DNA of 64,000 nucleotides from Raja brachyura (lineage: Eukaryota). Position 1 is the first letter of the stretch; each line of letters begins with the position of its first letter. The DNA is taken from the NCBI GenBank assembly GCA_963514005.1, contig OY740812.1, positions 21,452,001 to 21,516,000 on the forward strand, in the 5' to 3' direction. The position numbers were made by a program, and so were the translations under genes. Shown here piece after piece: positions 24,269-37,504 of the stretch. Under the pieces are notes generated by a model, which saw only the letters and a list, made by a program, of their open reading frames with translations, ran no database searches and was not told the origin of the DNA.

Positions 24269-24539
24269 TATTAACGAGGAAGTGCACAGGGCTGACTAGG
24301 AATGATCAGTCTGCAGGAAACTGACATGAAATTGACGCGCCACATGAAACTGACACAGAGTTTGATCGCCAACCAAATCCAAGCGTCTTCTCCTCAATTT
24401 CCCCCAAGTAGAGGTGATTTCCCCACTTGTCCGCCGAGTATAAAAAAAGAGGGTTAAGTTGAGAGAATTCCCCGTGAAATTCAGGAAAACTTCTGGATTT
24501 GCATGGCAGCTTCATGCATATGGATCTGATATGCAAACG

Positions 24540-24630
24540 CATCCAATTGGCTGTCTCCTGCCTTGCGATTGGACCAGCGGAATCTTACATCACTTGCCCG
24601 GCGGCGATCCTAATTAACTTTAATTAGAAT
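24540..24630 (-). promoter_or_regulatory. Putative Dlx4 proximal promoter
   Basis: CCAATTGG at 24543-24550, minus-strand CCAAT at 24568-24572, GC-rich gcccggcggcg, and paired TAATTA sites at 24611 and 24621. Confidence 0.5.
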
Positions 24631-26323
24631 CAGTTAATGAAAGCTGCATTTCCATCAGCGAACAACCCATCCGAAATAATCAGCAGACAATTTCATAAAC
24701 ACGTTATAACATGCTACCAAACTGTTTTATGGCGTGCCCCGAAAAAAAACTAGTAAACAAATAATAAATATAAGATCTGCAGCAATCATTCGAACGTAGC
24801 TTTGCAAACGCAAATGGACGTACTTATACTTCTCCCTCTCTCTCTCTCTGAAAAAAGAAACGGGTAGTGAACGATTAAAAAATACTTCCACTGTAAGAAC
24901 ACTGAGTTGCCGCTTTAGCGGTCTCTCCTGTTTAAAATACCGCCCCGGCTCATTCTGCAACACTCCGGAGACACAAGTTCACTGCTCTGTTGATAATGGA
25001 ATCTAAAATGGCTACATATAAATTGCACGCGTTACATAACTCAAGATGCAGAACAAGAAGCTCTAAGTTGTATTTCGTTTGAGCACTTACATCTGTCACT
25101 CCATGTTGTTGTAAACATTTCCATGCACTATTGACAAAAAAAACCTCACAGGCGCAAAGAACGACGTATTTTTTTTTAAGTGTGATTCGGGACATCTACC
25201 TACTTTACCCCTTAATTATACCCGGTCTCTTCCGCTATCTGCTAATCAATGCGGCGATTTAAATGAGATTCTCATGTGATACCCACTTCAACTATAAATG
25301 TCTTTAGTCCTGTCACAAGCGACGAGTTGTCTGGCGCTGTCACTTCTGTCTTTTGGTGTGGGGAATTACAATTGCTCGGTGTGTACCACCAGGTATTTGC
25401 CACGGTGGGGAAAATCCTCGTATTGATCATGTAACTGAACGCTGGCTGAATCCTGAATGCATCCGTTGGAGGAATAGTTAAAGCCCAGGTCATTTACTAA
25501 TTTCTGTGTGTTTTTTTACGTGCTGTTCGCTATGCTCATACCGCGTTGGGCGTGTCACTAAATTACCGGGCGATTCGCGAATCTGTATTAAGAGGAAAGG
25601 CTACTGAACAAAACAAGAACGCTTGATCTGATTATAACAGGCTGATAACATTGCCAAGGTGACGGTGGGGTGAAGATTGTAAACAAATGAAAATTATATT
25701 TGAACAAATGATGAACGAAATGTCCGCGAGTTGTTTAAAAACATAAAATGCATTTTATTTTACACGCGCGCCAGTGAAAGATGATGGATAGGAAATCGCT
25801 GTGACAGCAAAGGGTGACGTTGGAAATGAATGAGGGAGCTACCTAGCCTCCCCTACACCTATGGAGGAGGTCCAAAGGTGTCGGGAAGCATGTGGGGAGC
25901 CTGAGATTTTCTTTGTTTTGCTCTGCATGTTAACCTCGGAGTAGAACACGCGAGAAAGAAATCCGATCCGAGCCTTTCTCTTGACGGTCTGTGAAATTTA
26001 CAATATGAAACGCTCCAACAGTTCATTCACAATACAACAGAAAGGCGTCATTGCATTTATTTTATTGCATTGTATTTAATTGAATCGTCGTTGCATTTAA
26101 AGTTTTTTTTTAATGTTTAAATCGCCAGTCTAAGCATGTATGCGACACCCAAATAATCCCAAATTCTCTAAAAAATTAAGTTACTTGATGCTAAATCAAA
26201 ATACAGCCCGGCGCTCACGGATACTGGGTCTATCTTCATGATTCGCTGGCGCAGAAGCTGACATTTCCAATCTGGATGTTTCACTCGTTTTTTTGGCACA
26301 GAATAAAATAATCATAAGGGTCA

Positions 26324-26326
<3 letters not shown>

Positions 26327-26382
<56 letters not shown>
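26327..26382. repeat. (TC)n microsatellite
   Basis: Uninterrupted TC dinucleotide run of ~28 units. Confidence 0.95.
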
Positions 26383-26385
<3 letters not shown>

Positions 26386-29300
26386 TTCGTATTTTATCTT
26401 CGGCCTGCGATTTTATTCATCTCGTAAACAGATTCAAACTGTTTAGACATTTTTCTTGCGACAAATGCGGTATTTTGCTTAACGTTGGATACACTTTTTT
26501 TCAATCTCAAAATACCTTAAACGCGAAGCCAACGGCAAAGGACAGGTGGACAAGCTGGAGTTACAACTTATGTGAACAACGCGCAAAGCGAAACCACCTT
26601 TTTGTGTGTTTTTATCCCGCGTGTCGAAGCGAGTTCCCTGATATCTCTGCTTTGTCGAGATTTTCAGCACTATTTTTTAAAATTGGTTTTGTAAAATAAA
26701 AGAACGCTGCGGGACGTAGTCAGTATTTAACAGGTTTTTTTTTGCCTTGCAGCGGTCCGTAATTATTCCTGAGATCTGCCCCATGAATAAACATCTCATT
26801 GTGCGGAGCTTGTTCCGTTCCGTACGTTTGTTTTCTCCTGCTGGGAAGATGATTTGCAGCCTTCTAAATGTAACAGGACGGGCATTCAAAGCTCGGGCAA
26901 AGAAAAGGTTTTCATCCAGAAAAGAGAGGAGTGAGCTATTAAATAGTTAATTATATAACAGGTGCACCTATCTTACGAACGTTGGGGATAATTTTCGTGA
27001 TTTTCTTTTCATTTTTTTAATCTAAAAGCACGCAGCGATTTTGAAATCTGAAATATTGCTCATCTCAAATCTAAAGCCTGGGAGGCAGGCTTAAATAAAA
27101 GCAAAGGTCTATTACTTTGAAAACTGGCATTTAATAAAATAGAATAAGCAGGATATAATGCGGGATATTTGCATTGATGGGGTGTGTTAGCCAAAATATA
27201 GCAATTATTCTGTATTGAGAAGCAATGCCAGCTTCCTGCTTACACACATTCGCTCTGTTGACCATTTTCTGATGTGCGGTTTAGCGTTCGGATGCTTGCT
27301 CATAATCACAGCTCTTTCTGAAACCTTTCTATATTATATACGCCTTGTGTCTCCTTTTAAAATAGATTTTTTTTTGCAAAGGTTTTGTACCAGTCTGGGT
27401 TAAATGTTAACAAACACTCTGCAGAAATTACCACCTCGTGTTCCATTTCGCATTCACCTCTGGATGGCTGTCCATTTAATCTGCGTTCATAGATATTTAA
27501 TCGAAGGGTGCCTATGGTTAATGTATGTTTAATTTAAAGCGAGCGAGCAAGTCCAGTCGCTTAGAAGAACTCACATGTTATGCAGAACAGTGTCTGAACA
27601 AAGTTATTATTCTTTCCGGTGTAATCTTATTTTTATTCCTCTGATACGAAGAGGTGCAATTGATAAAGCACACCGACGCATATACCTGTTAATTACTTCA
27701 ATCTTCCCTAACGTACATAAACTACATTTATATCAATCGAGGCATGTGGAATTCTGATTCTCCACCCGGTTCACGCATATATTTCATTTTGTACCGTGTG
27801 TTGCCGCTTGCTTTTCATCTCGTAGTAACCATCCATGAAGTTTTGAATCGTGCATTGATACCGATCACAATGGCTGCATCCCCCCGTGTGCCTGATGTTG
27901 TTTGTGGTATGCGACTGAGAGTAGCATCACTTTGCCAAATAACTGCTGCTTTGTTATGCAAACAAATCATCAGAAGATTGAGAAAGTTAAAGCTTGAGGT
28001 ATGGGCGAGTTGCATTATCCAGGTACTGGAATGCTAAAAAAAAAACATTTGACATTGGCACAATTTCAATCAGCACTCTTAATTTTCTTTCCATTTTTAG
28101 CCAAAACATCATTTATTTGTTTTAACAAATTAAGTTAAACCATTGAGAATCGACTACAAATCTTCCTGGGCAGTCCATATGCGTCGCGGTTGACTTAAAT
28201 GTCCGTTATATCTTCCCTTTAGAACTTTATTCTACACTGAGCTCTTCCTCCTGTTGAATAAACTTTAGATGCCCATTCAAGTAGAACAGTTACCGTGTTC
28301 TTTGCATTGAACATATATGACCATCTCATGGATTAAACCAATCTACCTGGTATTCTTGCTGGCGTGTAAGACTTACAACACTGAAAATTGTACAATCCAA
28401 CACCCTAAACGTAGCGGTAAATAAAAGGGATAAATAGTTTTTCTCGGTGTTTGTATTAAATATTATTTACCCGATCACAATGTGACTGAGAGGCAACAGA
28501 TGATATATCTGTCACAATATTAAGGATACAAGTTGCAAAATACAAGCCTGATGTATTAATATAGTTCAACAATTAAGAAATATTAAGAAAAAGCGAACTC
28601 ATCTTTCATTTCCACTTCAGTTTCATAGTTTTAAGGGTGATTTTTTTTTGTGAATATTTTCTTCGCGATTATTGTGCAACCAGAACAATGACCCTGTAAT
28701 ATTAATTAATCGGCACATCTGCAATTTTCCACTCAGTACTTAAACTCACATTTCTTTATAAAAGAACGAACAATCCTGCAGGGAAGATACAATATAGAAG
28801 GAATATCGCCTTAGTAAGATGAAAAACGTGAGTTGTGTTATTAAGAAAAAGGTGATAAATTCAGAATACATTGGAAGATAACGAGGGGAGAAAGCGTGGC
28901 TGATAAAATCATTCAATAGCGATCATAAAGAACGGTTCAAATGTACTTGGTGAAGAATCCAATGGGTCAAACAAACTTTCAAAGATTTTTTTCCGAAGTG
29001 AACGCTCACCAGTTATTTTAATAAGAAATTCGTCAAAAATAATTCTTCTAAATCCGTTAACAAGTGTACAAACAATCTTGATTACATATTCTAACCTGCA
29101 GATGCATTTAAATACATTACATATACTCTTACTTCCCGAATTTATTTTTTTTAGTTATAACATGTAACTCTAATTATTTTGGGGGTGAAATTTCACTTGT
29201 CAATCCACGTCAATCCAGTTTTACAAATTCTTCAAGTTGTACCGATTTAATGTTAATACACCCTGAAATTACGACCCTACACGAACATGCACTCGAATTA

Positions 29301-32300
29301 GGTAACAACTTAAAATAACTTCATTAAAACACGATGCGTGAAAAATACACTGAGATTTCGCTCAGAATGTCCCCTCCCCCGCGCATAGGTGCACATATTA
29401 CATTTTCGCAATTGGACATTGAAATCTAAATGCAAAGGTATGGTGGCATTGCTTCGTTATTGAAGGTAAGCATCATATTTTTTTGTGTGGGGTTATTTTA
29501 TTTTATTTGGACCATTTCAGATTCGCAAAAACATTCGTTTAACATGCTGGATTAGCAAATCGTGCAGTCCAAGACGTAAATCATTTGGTGACAATTCAAA
29601 GTGGTTGTCATAACACGGAGAAGAACCGAGAAAAGGAAAGGTACCCTCTTTTAAAAGCTATAATTATGGATATAGGAAGAACAAAGGCGAGCCCTGGAGC
29701 AATGCATTGGAGGCTGAGGCTTCAATGTGGAGTAATAGAAGGAGAGGAGCTCTAATAACTAGACATGGCAACGTCAGAGCAGACATCCAGGCGTCTCAAC
29801 ACCCGCACTGCACGATTTAGAAACGAATTAATACGTTTTAAAAACAAGACCAACTACTATGGTGTAAGATAGGCATAAATAACAAGTGCCCTATTTAGAT
29901 CCACCGGAGAAACTGGTCTATTTGATTGGGTAGAGAGGTTTCCCTTAATTCACAAAACCAAAATAGTGCTTTTTAATCAAGATAAATATGGTTTATATTG
30001 CCAGAGTCAAGTTAAAGTGGGTAACTTTGGCTTAAGGAAAATTACTGTTTAGCTATGAATGATGAAACGCAAAGCAGCCGCTTTGTTCCAACTATAATCC
30101 ATTCTTCTCATTTGGACTTTGCTTATTCCACTCATTAGGTTGTGTGGGCCAATCTAGACGGTTTGATCGAACTGCACGACGAGTAATCAAAAGGCAGCGA
30201 GTTTTCACTTGAGGATGCACATCTACGTAGAAAAAATGTGCATTTCCTTGCGAACGTCGTCTAAAATCTGCTAATACATTTATGATTGTTCTACGCCCTT
30301 TGCACATTCATGGCCTAGCTTACTCTGAATAACTGAGAATTTATTGCATATTTATTGTTATCGTTGTGTCCAATGTGCCTCTAAAATCTGTATTGTTCCG
30401 GTTGCTATCTGGTGTTTTTTTGACAACTAACACTTGACTCTTGAGTTTCATTTTAAGAGATTTGCTCTGTTAAAAGCAGAGTCTGTTTAATTAAACATTC
30501 GTTTAAACGCGTGCTCAGTCACAACGTGACCTTCAACATTCGTATTCCAATAGTTCGTGTGTTGATAAACGTCTATTAATATGGTTATAAAGTCAGATTG
30601 AAACCGCAATCATTTTTTGGGTTGTTGCAACTTTTCAAACAGATAACTTTTGATTTAACAAAAAATACCAGTTGACAATTGACAATTACTTCACAATGAT
30701 GGCTCAATGGTACCCACATTATTTTATCTGCATCCTAGCACAGTCCACTGCAAACCACCAAGCAGTTGGACTGAGCTGGACAGGTAGCAGTTTGAGATCG
30801 GAACAAAACTGCGACGGGAAGCATTGGAGATCGGAGACGTCCCCCTCAATATAGCGGGAAATTGAAATTATAATGTAATAAATTAAATCCAATTATTCGA
30901 TCCATTAACAAAAAAACTATCGTTGTAAATTGGAATAAAATCAAATCGCTCTCGTCATTTTTAAACTTGTCAACCTTCAACTGGAATCATTCTCCGGCAC
31001 TGAATTTTTAACAAACATTATTTTTTATTGCACTACTCCTTACTACTTATTACTTCTAATGTGACCGATCCAAAATAAACAATGACCGTTATACCAACTA
31101 TATTGCGATGTCTATATGGGGGTGGAGAGAATTGGTCGACATTCACATTATTCACCATTAATGCTATGGCTCCGATACTTCAGATTTTGCCAGTGTTACT
31201 CAGCAGTAATCATCATTTTCTGATGGCATAGAAATGACTATAATCGCGACCTGATTGGGCTGAACTATTTATCAGCAATAAGCAAAGTGCAGCTGTGATT
31301 TGCAGCGATTAAAACATTTGAAAGGCTCTTCATAGTCAATGGGCATTCTCGTTTCCCCATCCCGAGAGGCAGCTTTGGTTTACAATGCATTCAGACAGAC
31401 CTGTTCCAAAGTCCACAGAGAGAGTTTCGTTGCACCTTCACACAGTTCCTATATTCAGGGAAACTTGAACAGTAGATAAACTGTTTACCATATTGCACCA
31501 TGCTGCTGTGACACATCGAATTTTAAAATCTTAATTTGTATTTTTAATAACACCAAACACAAGCCGTATACCAGAGACCACAAGCTTAGCAGATCATATT
31601 ATTATTTGATGTTTAATTTTCTACTTCAAATAATGGAGCGTTCACAATGGTTTTGTTAACCTTAACGTATTATTAACATTAATGTATTGTTCACCTCCTA
31701 ATCAGCACTTTTGATCTGTAGTTTACAAATAACAGCCCATAAGCAAACATATAATCAAAATTGAGTTTGAATCCGTGTAAAAGAATCTAAATACGACACA
31801 GCGTCCTCTTGTAAGTGAACGCGCACTGGAGCTATTTGCAATTTTTTTTTTTTGCTGGAAGGTTCGGAAAGTCAGTGTTGTTTCTATTACATTTGTGGTA
31901 CTGGATAGTGGCCAACTATCACATAACCGCTGGATGTGTTTAATCTTGCAGGTTTTGGAAAGCATTTTTGGAGAAGGACGAGTGGAAGGGGACTAATCCT
32001 GCGGTTCCCGGGCCCGTGCGCCTGTCACTTTAGGACCAATTTGCCCCCACCATCTATCTCCCCCTGATGGGTCCAAATTGCTGTCGTGGTCTTGGCTGCT
32101 GCAAAGTGAACCACTGAAGGGAGTTGAAACAGAGCCATTCGGTCGAGATAACGGGGACTCCCTGAGAAATATATTCCCTTCTGTTTTCAATGGACCTTGG
32201 CTTCCCAGCCTAAAATTAAATTTATGTTTGCTATCTTTGGTGGCTACTTGATGTGACTTCTTTCACAAATATTTTTTATACCGAGTGCAGTTTATTTATA

Positions 32301-32379
32301 AGTATATTAGGCGACGGAGTTTCTGATGACCTGAAGGGAGAGTTTGTCACAAAGGGGGCAAATCAGTTAATTGGAAAAA

Positions 32380-32835
32380 CGAGGAACTGCAGATGCTGGT
32401 TTACAAAATAAGACACAATGTGCTGGAGTAACTCAGCGGGTCAGGCGGCATCTTTGGGGAACATGCTTAGGTGCGGTTTCAGGTCGGGTCCCTTGTTCAG
32501 ACTGATTAGAGAGAGGAGGGGCAGGACAAAGCCTGGCAGGTAACAGAGTTGATACAGGTGAGGGGAAGGGGCTTGAGATGTAGATGGTTGGACAAAGGCC
32601 ATAGATGAAAAGACAGAAGGCGTGAGACAAAAGGATTGAAGAGTTGCGAATTGTGAAGCTTGAGAAAAGAATGTAGGTGGAAGGAGAGGGGGAGGGGAGA
32701 AATAGGTGCAAGTCCAGGTGAAGTACGAGAGGGGGGGGGGGGGGGAGGGGAAGGGTTGGGGGAGAAGGGAGAGGGGGAGGGTTTTATAGTGACCTAAAAT
32801 TGGACACTTCAATGTTCATGCCGTTGAGTAGTTAA
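32380..32835 (-). mobile_element. Penelope-like 3' fragment (endonuclease C-terminus through hammerhead tail)
   Basis: Reverse strand reads NGMNIEVSNFR, then a C/T-rich 3' region, then a decayed core (cagtCTGAACAagggacccgacctGAAA) and the family tail. This links the short tail repeats to a PLE. Confidence 0.75.
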
Positions 32836-34241
32836 TTGCTCGTTTTCTCAGATCTTCTTCTCCTACCATCTTTTTGACAGGACAATGATCGACGAATACA
32901 ATTTTAAATGAAAATTATATCCAAAGTATTTTTTAAATATTCGTTTATAGGTACCGTTAATTTAATTGTTTGTTTTTACCGTAAGCTCAGATAAAGATTG
33001 AATACGGTTTCAATTGGCGAAACCGCTCCTAATCATCAAGAAAATAATCTTAAATACGAGCGTGCAATCGTTATTTGGTTCATCCAGACTTCACTTTGTA
33101 TAGTCAGCATTTATTTTCCCTTCGCCCAAGTTTGATTGTGATTGTATTTGCATTCATCTATACAATTGTTCCTCAGTCTGGGATTTACATTTTATCCGAG
33201 GGCGGAGTTTTCACAGAAATTGTAAATATGAGCATCAAAAATGTTCTTCAGAAAAAAAACAGGCAAAACCCAACATATTACGAGGCCACACGGATAACAA
33301 CATCCGGGGAAAATTGCTTTGATCAGTATAATAACGCACTCTATAGGAGAAAAAACGTCTAGCGCCAAAAGCGCAATTATGGGTCAAAATTGGCTCCCTT
33401 TTCAATTTTTTGTTGTTGTGCCGCACAACTGTGACTAGAGGAAAAGCAAATTATACGCCAATTCAGGGGGGGGGGGGGATCTGAATGTTACGAGCATCTC
33501 ATCTGGATGAAATGAATGCTTTTCCATAGATATAAGACGTCGGGGGGTAGGGGGCGATTGAAATTAATTCATGGTTCCTGCCACAAAAAATAAAGGCAAA
33601 TTCGGACGAAACTTAAATTTACTGTGTGAAATGTGGGATGATTGATGAGCAAAAGTGCACCGCGGGCGTGCTTATTTTTGTAGTATAACATTTGGACCTC
33701 TATTAATAGTCAAAGGCATGTCGGTCCATTTCCACGCAATATTTCTGAAAATGATACATTTAAATATCTAACCAGAGCTTCCCACGCCAGAACCGTGCAG
33801 ATGATTTCCTCGTGATTTTATTCCACATGCCCGGTACTCCAGTTTCTGGCTTTGTTTTTCAACACCGGTGGTCCCCCCCCCCCCCCCCCCACCACACACA
33901 CACACACGTGTAGTTCTGTTCTTTTTTAACTTGAGAACAGGTAATAGGTTTCATGCCAAGCATCCGTTAATCAGCAGCCAATAAACAGAGGACCAGAGAG
34001 TGTCTTAATTTGGACATTCAGTTTCTGGATATTGAATGAATTCAACCCACCTTAGATTTATACATATCACAAGCTATTTAACATGGAAATAGCCAAGTGC
34101 AGAAGGGTCAAATTAATGATGATCCCTTTTAATAATCATTCCTTTGAAAATTGTAGATGATCATAGGAAGAAATGGTGCAGATTAATGTTTCAAGTTCAC
34201 AATAACTAACAACCAGCATCAAACTATTAATCCCACCAAAG

Positions 34242-34320
34242 GTAGACAGAAATGCTGGCGAAACTCAGCGGGCGAGGCAGCATCTATGGAGCGAAGGAAT
34301 AGGTGACGTTTCGGGTCACC
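34242..34320 (-). mobile_element. PLE tail fragment
   Basis: tgctggcgaaactcagcgggcgaggcagcatct...ggtgacgtttcgggtc. Confidence 0.65.
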
Positions 34321-34519
34321 TTACATATTTATTGTTTATTATTGTTTTAGTGGTTGGTGTTGCATTTGGTTTGGTGTGTTTCAACTTTAATTCATAGTTA
34401 TTCTCTCCTTGAGATGAAGCAGTTTCACCTTGATGGATAATTATTTAGGATTTGTAGGTGAATGATTAATAGAGATGATCATCATTATTTGCTTTGAGTT
34501 GGTCAATGTGCTTGAAATT

Positions 34520-34960
34520 ATATGGACTCGAGGGTCTGTGCTCCAGGGAGAGGTTGAGCAGGCTAAGACTCTATTCCTTGGAGCACAGGGGGATGAGGGG
34601 TGATCTTATGGAGGTGTACGAAATCATGAGAGAAATAGATTGGGTAAACGCACAGAGTCTCTTGCCCAAAGTAGGTGAATTGAGAACTAGAGGACATAGG
34701 TTTAACGTGAGGGGAGGAAAGATTTAATAGGAACCCAAGGGGTAACGCTTTTAATAAAAGGTGGTGCGTGCATGGAATGAGCTGTCAGAGGAGGTAGTTG
34801 AGGCTGGTACTATTGCAATGTTTCAGAAACATTTAGACAGGTACTTGGATAGGATAGGTTTAGAGGGATATAGGCTAAACGTGGATGGGTGGAAGTAGTG
34901 TAGATTAGACATGTTGGTCAGAGTGGGCCTGTTTCCATGTTGTATGGCAATGACTCTCTG
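34520..34960 (+). mobile_element. CR1-like LINE ORF2 C-terminus and 3'UTR
   Basis: ERLSRLRLYSLEHRGMRGDLMEVYEIM...RTRGH is a classic CR1 ORF2 end. Confidence 0.85.
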
Positions 34961-35005
34961 ACAAGGAGACATAAAGAACTGCTGATGTTGGAATATGCAA
35001 GAATC

Positions 35006-35100
35006 TAGGTCTGAAGAAGGGTCCCAACCCATAATGTCGCCTGTCCATGTCCTCCAGAGATGCTGCCTGACCCGTTGAGTTACTCCTGCTCTTTGTGTTT
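35006..35100 (+). mobile_element. PLE tail with decayed hammerhead
   Basis: taggtCTGAAGAagggtcccaaccc-ATAA-tgTCgcctg: GAAA is mutated; the flanks could form a 5-bp stem I including G-U pairs. Confidence 0.65.
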
Positions 35101-36546
35101 TATCAAGACTCATGTTCCCTGCAAATCATATTGAACTTCACACAAGTTGCAAATTACATCCCATCGCGTAATATATCACATGTTCCACATGAACCATGAT
35201 ATTTGCATAGCTTTCAATAGAAAGGCATTAGCTGCAAATTGAGCATTAGTTGATCGTTAATTGATCCACATTCAAGACTCCTGATCTGAAATGTCACCTG
35301 TCCATTCCTTCCCCAGGTGCTGACTGAGCAGTTGAGTTGCTCCAGCACCTTGAGTTGTGATCCACATTCATACCTGTTGTTGTTTATGAACTTTAACCAC
35401 ATTCCAGTCCTGACTGAGCTATTCGACATACTTTATTACAGTTGTTAATTATTTGAAACGTATTCTACCAGAAACAGTCTAGACTTTATCGCAGATAATT
35501 GTTCAGTTTAATCCATTTCCAGTGATATTCAATCAAGTATTTAAAAAATTTACACATACTTTATAATTGGCTGTTTAAAATTGATCCTGCAATAATGGAT
35601 GCATTAAGAATTGCATTTAAACAGATTCTTGCAGATTCATAGTCAGATGGAATTGTCATAATTGGATAAGAATACACGTAACATAATTTAGATAATACAT
35701 AATTTGCTACATTGAGAATGACATATATTGTGTTACAAGAGAAAAAGGTAATTCAGCAATCAGACGACAAAAGCAGAAACCTGAAACTTAAGAACTTTAT
35801 CATTTAAACCCCTCAGACTAGTCTTAAGGTCATTTAAGATAATTTTGTCATCCTCTTAAAATATTGGACAATTTGATAGTGATTTTATTCAGCATTATCC
35901 TTTTTTGATTCAAGTAGCTTTGTGATGAGATTTGTATTGACAACAAAATAATTATTACAAGCCTATTGTGATATTCGCATTTAATTACCAGGAAAATGGA
36001 TGGCATGAATAAATGCATATTTGAACTTATTCTACAAAGAAGTGAGGCAGCTGTGCAATAGAAATCTAAAGATACAGTACCATCAGTTGAATCAATAACA
36101 TCTGGACTATTGTTATATATTTGTATTTGGATTATCTTGATTGTGTTCTTTCAGGTTATGTTCTGATGGGGATGCAGTGATCTGAAACCACTGAACTGGA
36201 GTTAATTTACACAGTGTACATGAGCAGGAGTTATCCAGTGCAACTTGTTACAAAAGTGATCAACAGTTCACTGAATGTCCTCATCATGACTGAATGTGGT
36301 CCCATGGTCTTCCCCACAGCAGATTCCAACACTGCTAAGAATTCAATCTCAAACAGAAATAAAATCATATATAACATTATATAAAACATATAAAACTATG
36401 AGAAGCAGAGATAGCACAGGCAGTCAATAACTTGTTTCCCAGAGTGCAAATGTCAAAGACTAGAGGGCATAGGATTAAAGCAAGAAGGACATAGTTTAAA
36501 GGAGGTGTGCGGGGCAAACTCAGACTTCAGGACTTCAGTACTGAGA

Positions 36547-36838
36547 GTTTAGTTTAGAGACACAGCATGGACACAGGCACTTTGGCTAACCGAGTCCGTG
36601 CCGATCAGCGATCCCCGCACATTAACACTACCCGACACACACTAGTGCCAATTTTACATTTTATACCAAGCCTATAAACTTGTACTTCTTAGGAGCGTGG
36701 GAGGAAACTGAAGATCTTGGAGAAAACCCACGCAGATTCATGGGGAGAATGTACAAACTCCGTACAGACAAGCACCCACAGTCAGGGTTGAACCCGGGTC
36801 TCTGGTGCTGTAAGGCAGTAACTCTACAGCTACGCCCC
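36547..36838 (-). mobile_element. V-SINE (HE1-like, tRNA-derived)
   Basis: tRNA-like head with B box (cccgggttcaaccc), V-domain ggagtttgtacattctcccc..tgcgtgggtttt, and a CR1-like tail ending ctctaaactaaa. Confidence 0.8.
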
Positions 36839-36894
36839 TGTGCTGCCTTTGGTTGTCGTTGTCCGCAAAAACTCCAGTTAGTCTGCACAGGTTT

Positions 36895-37235
36895 TCAGAA
36901 CACAATCAGGTCCAGATGCTTTTCAAGGGTTAATCCTCCTGAAGGATCTTCTGACATCGGCCTCTGTGACTGAGATTGCAATACCATCGGAGGCTACAGG
37001 GGCTGGGAAGGCACGTCAGTGTTCTCCCTATCAAAGCGTGCATCAAACACATTGAGTTCCTGTGGGAGTAATGCTTCGCTGTCATTTGAGCTGCCCTCTC
37101 ATTTCGTCTTGTAGGATGAGATGGCATGTAAGCCCTGCCACAGCTGCCGAGCATCCACCTCATCCTCCAGTTTGGAGCAAAAGTGCCTTTTAGCCTTTCT
37201 GATGGTGTGGACTTCATGTATAACTGCATCGCCAG
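36895..37235 (-). mobile_element. Non-LTR retrotransposon ORF2 fragment (Rex1/Babar-like), decayed
   Basis: Reverse strand ISVTEADVRRSFRRINP*KASGPD, the pre-RT KAxGPD motif. Confidence 0.65.
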
Positions 37236-37504
37236 ACTAGAATGCCCAAAACCTGGTCCTCAGAAGAATGCCGGGCTCATTCAAATCTTCTGGTTAGGGA
37301 ACACACGGCTGGTTTTAGGAGGAACACCTACCTTTCAATCCAGTTTATAATCCTAGTTTTCTATCTAGATTTTAAACTTCTTACAGTTACCATCACATAA
37401 CAAGCATGGCCTCTGCTCTAGAGAAAGGTTTACAGTGGTCAGTATATGTATATGGCTCATAATTTCCTACACTGGTACCCGCCTGAGCGTACTGAGAGAC
37501 AGAA

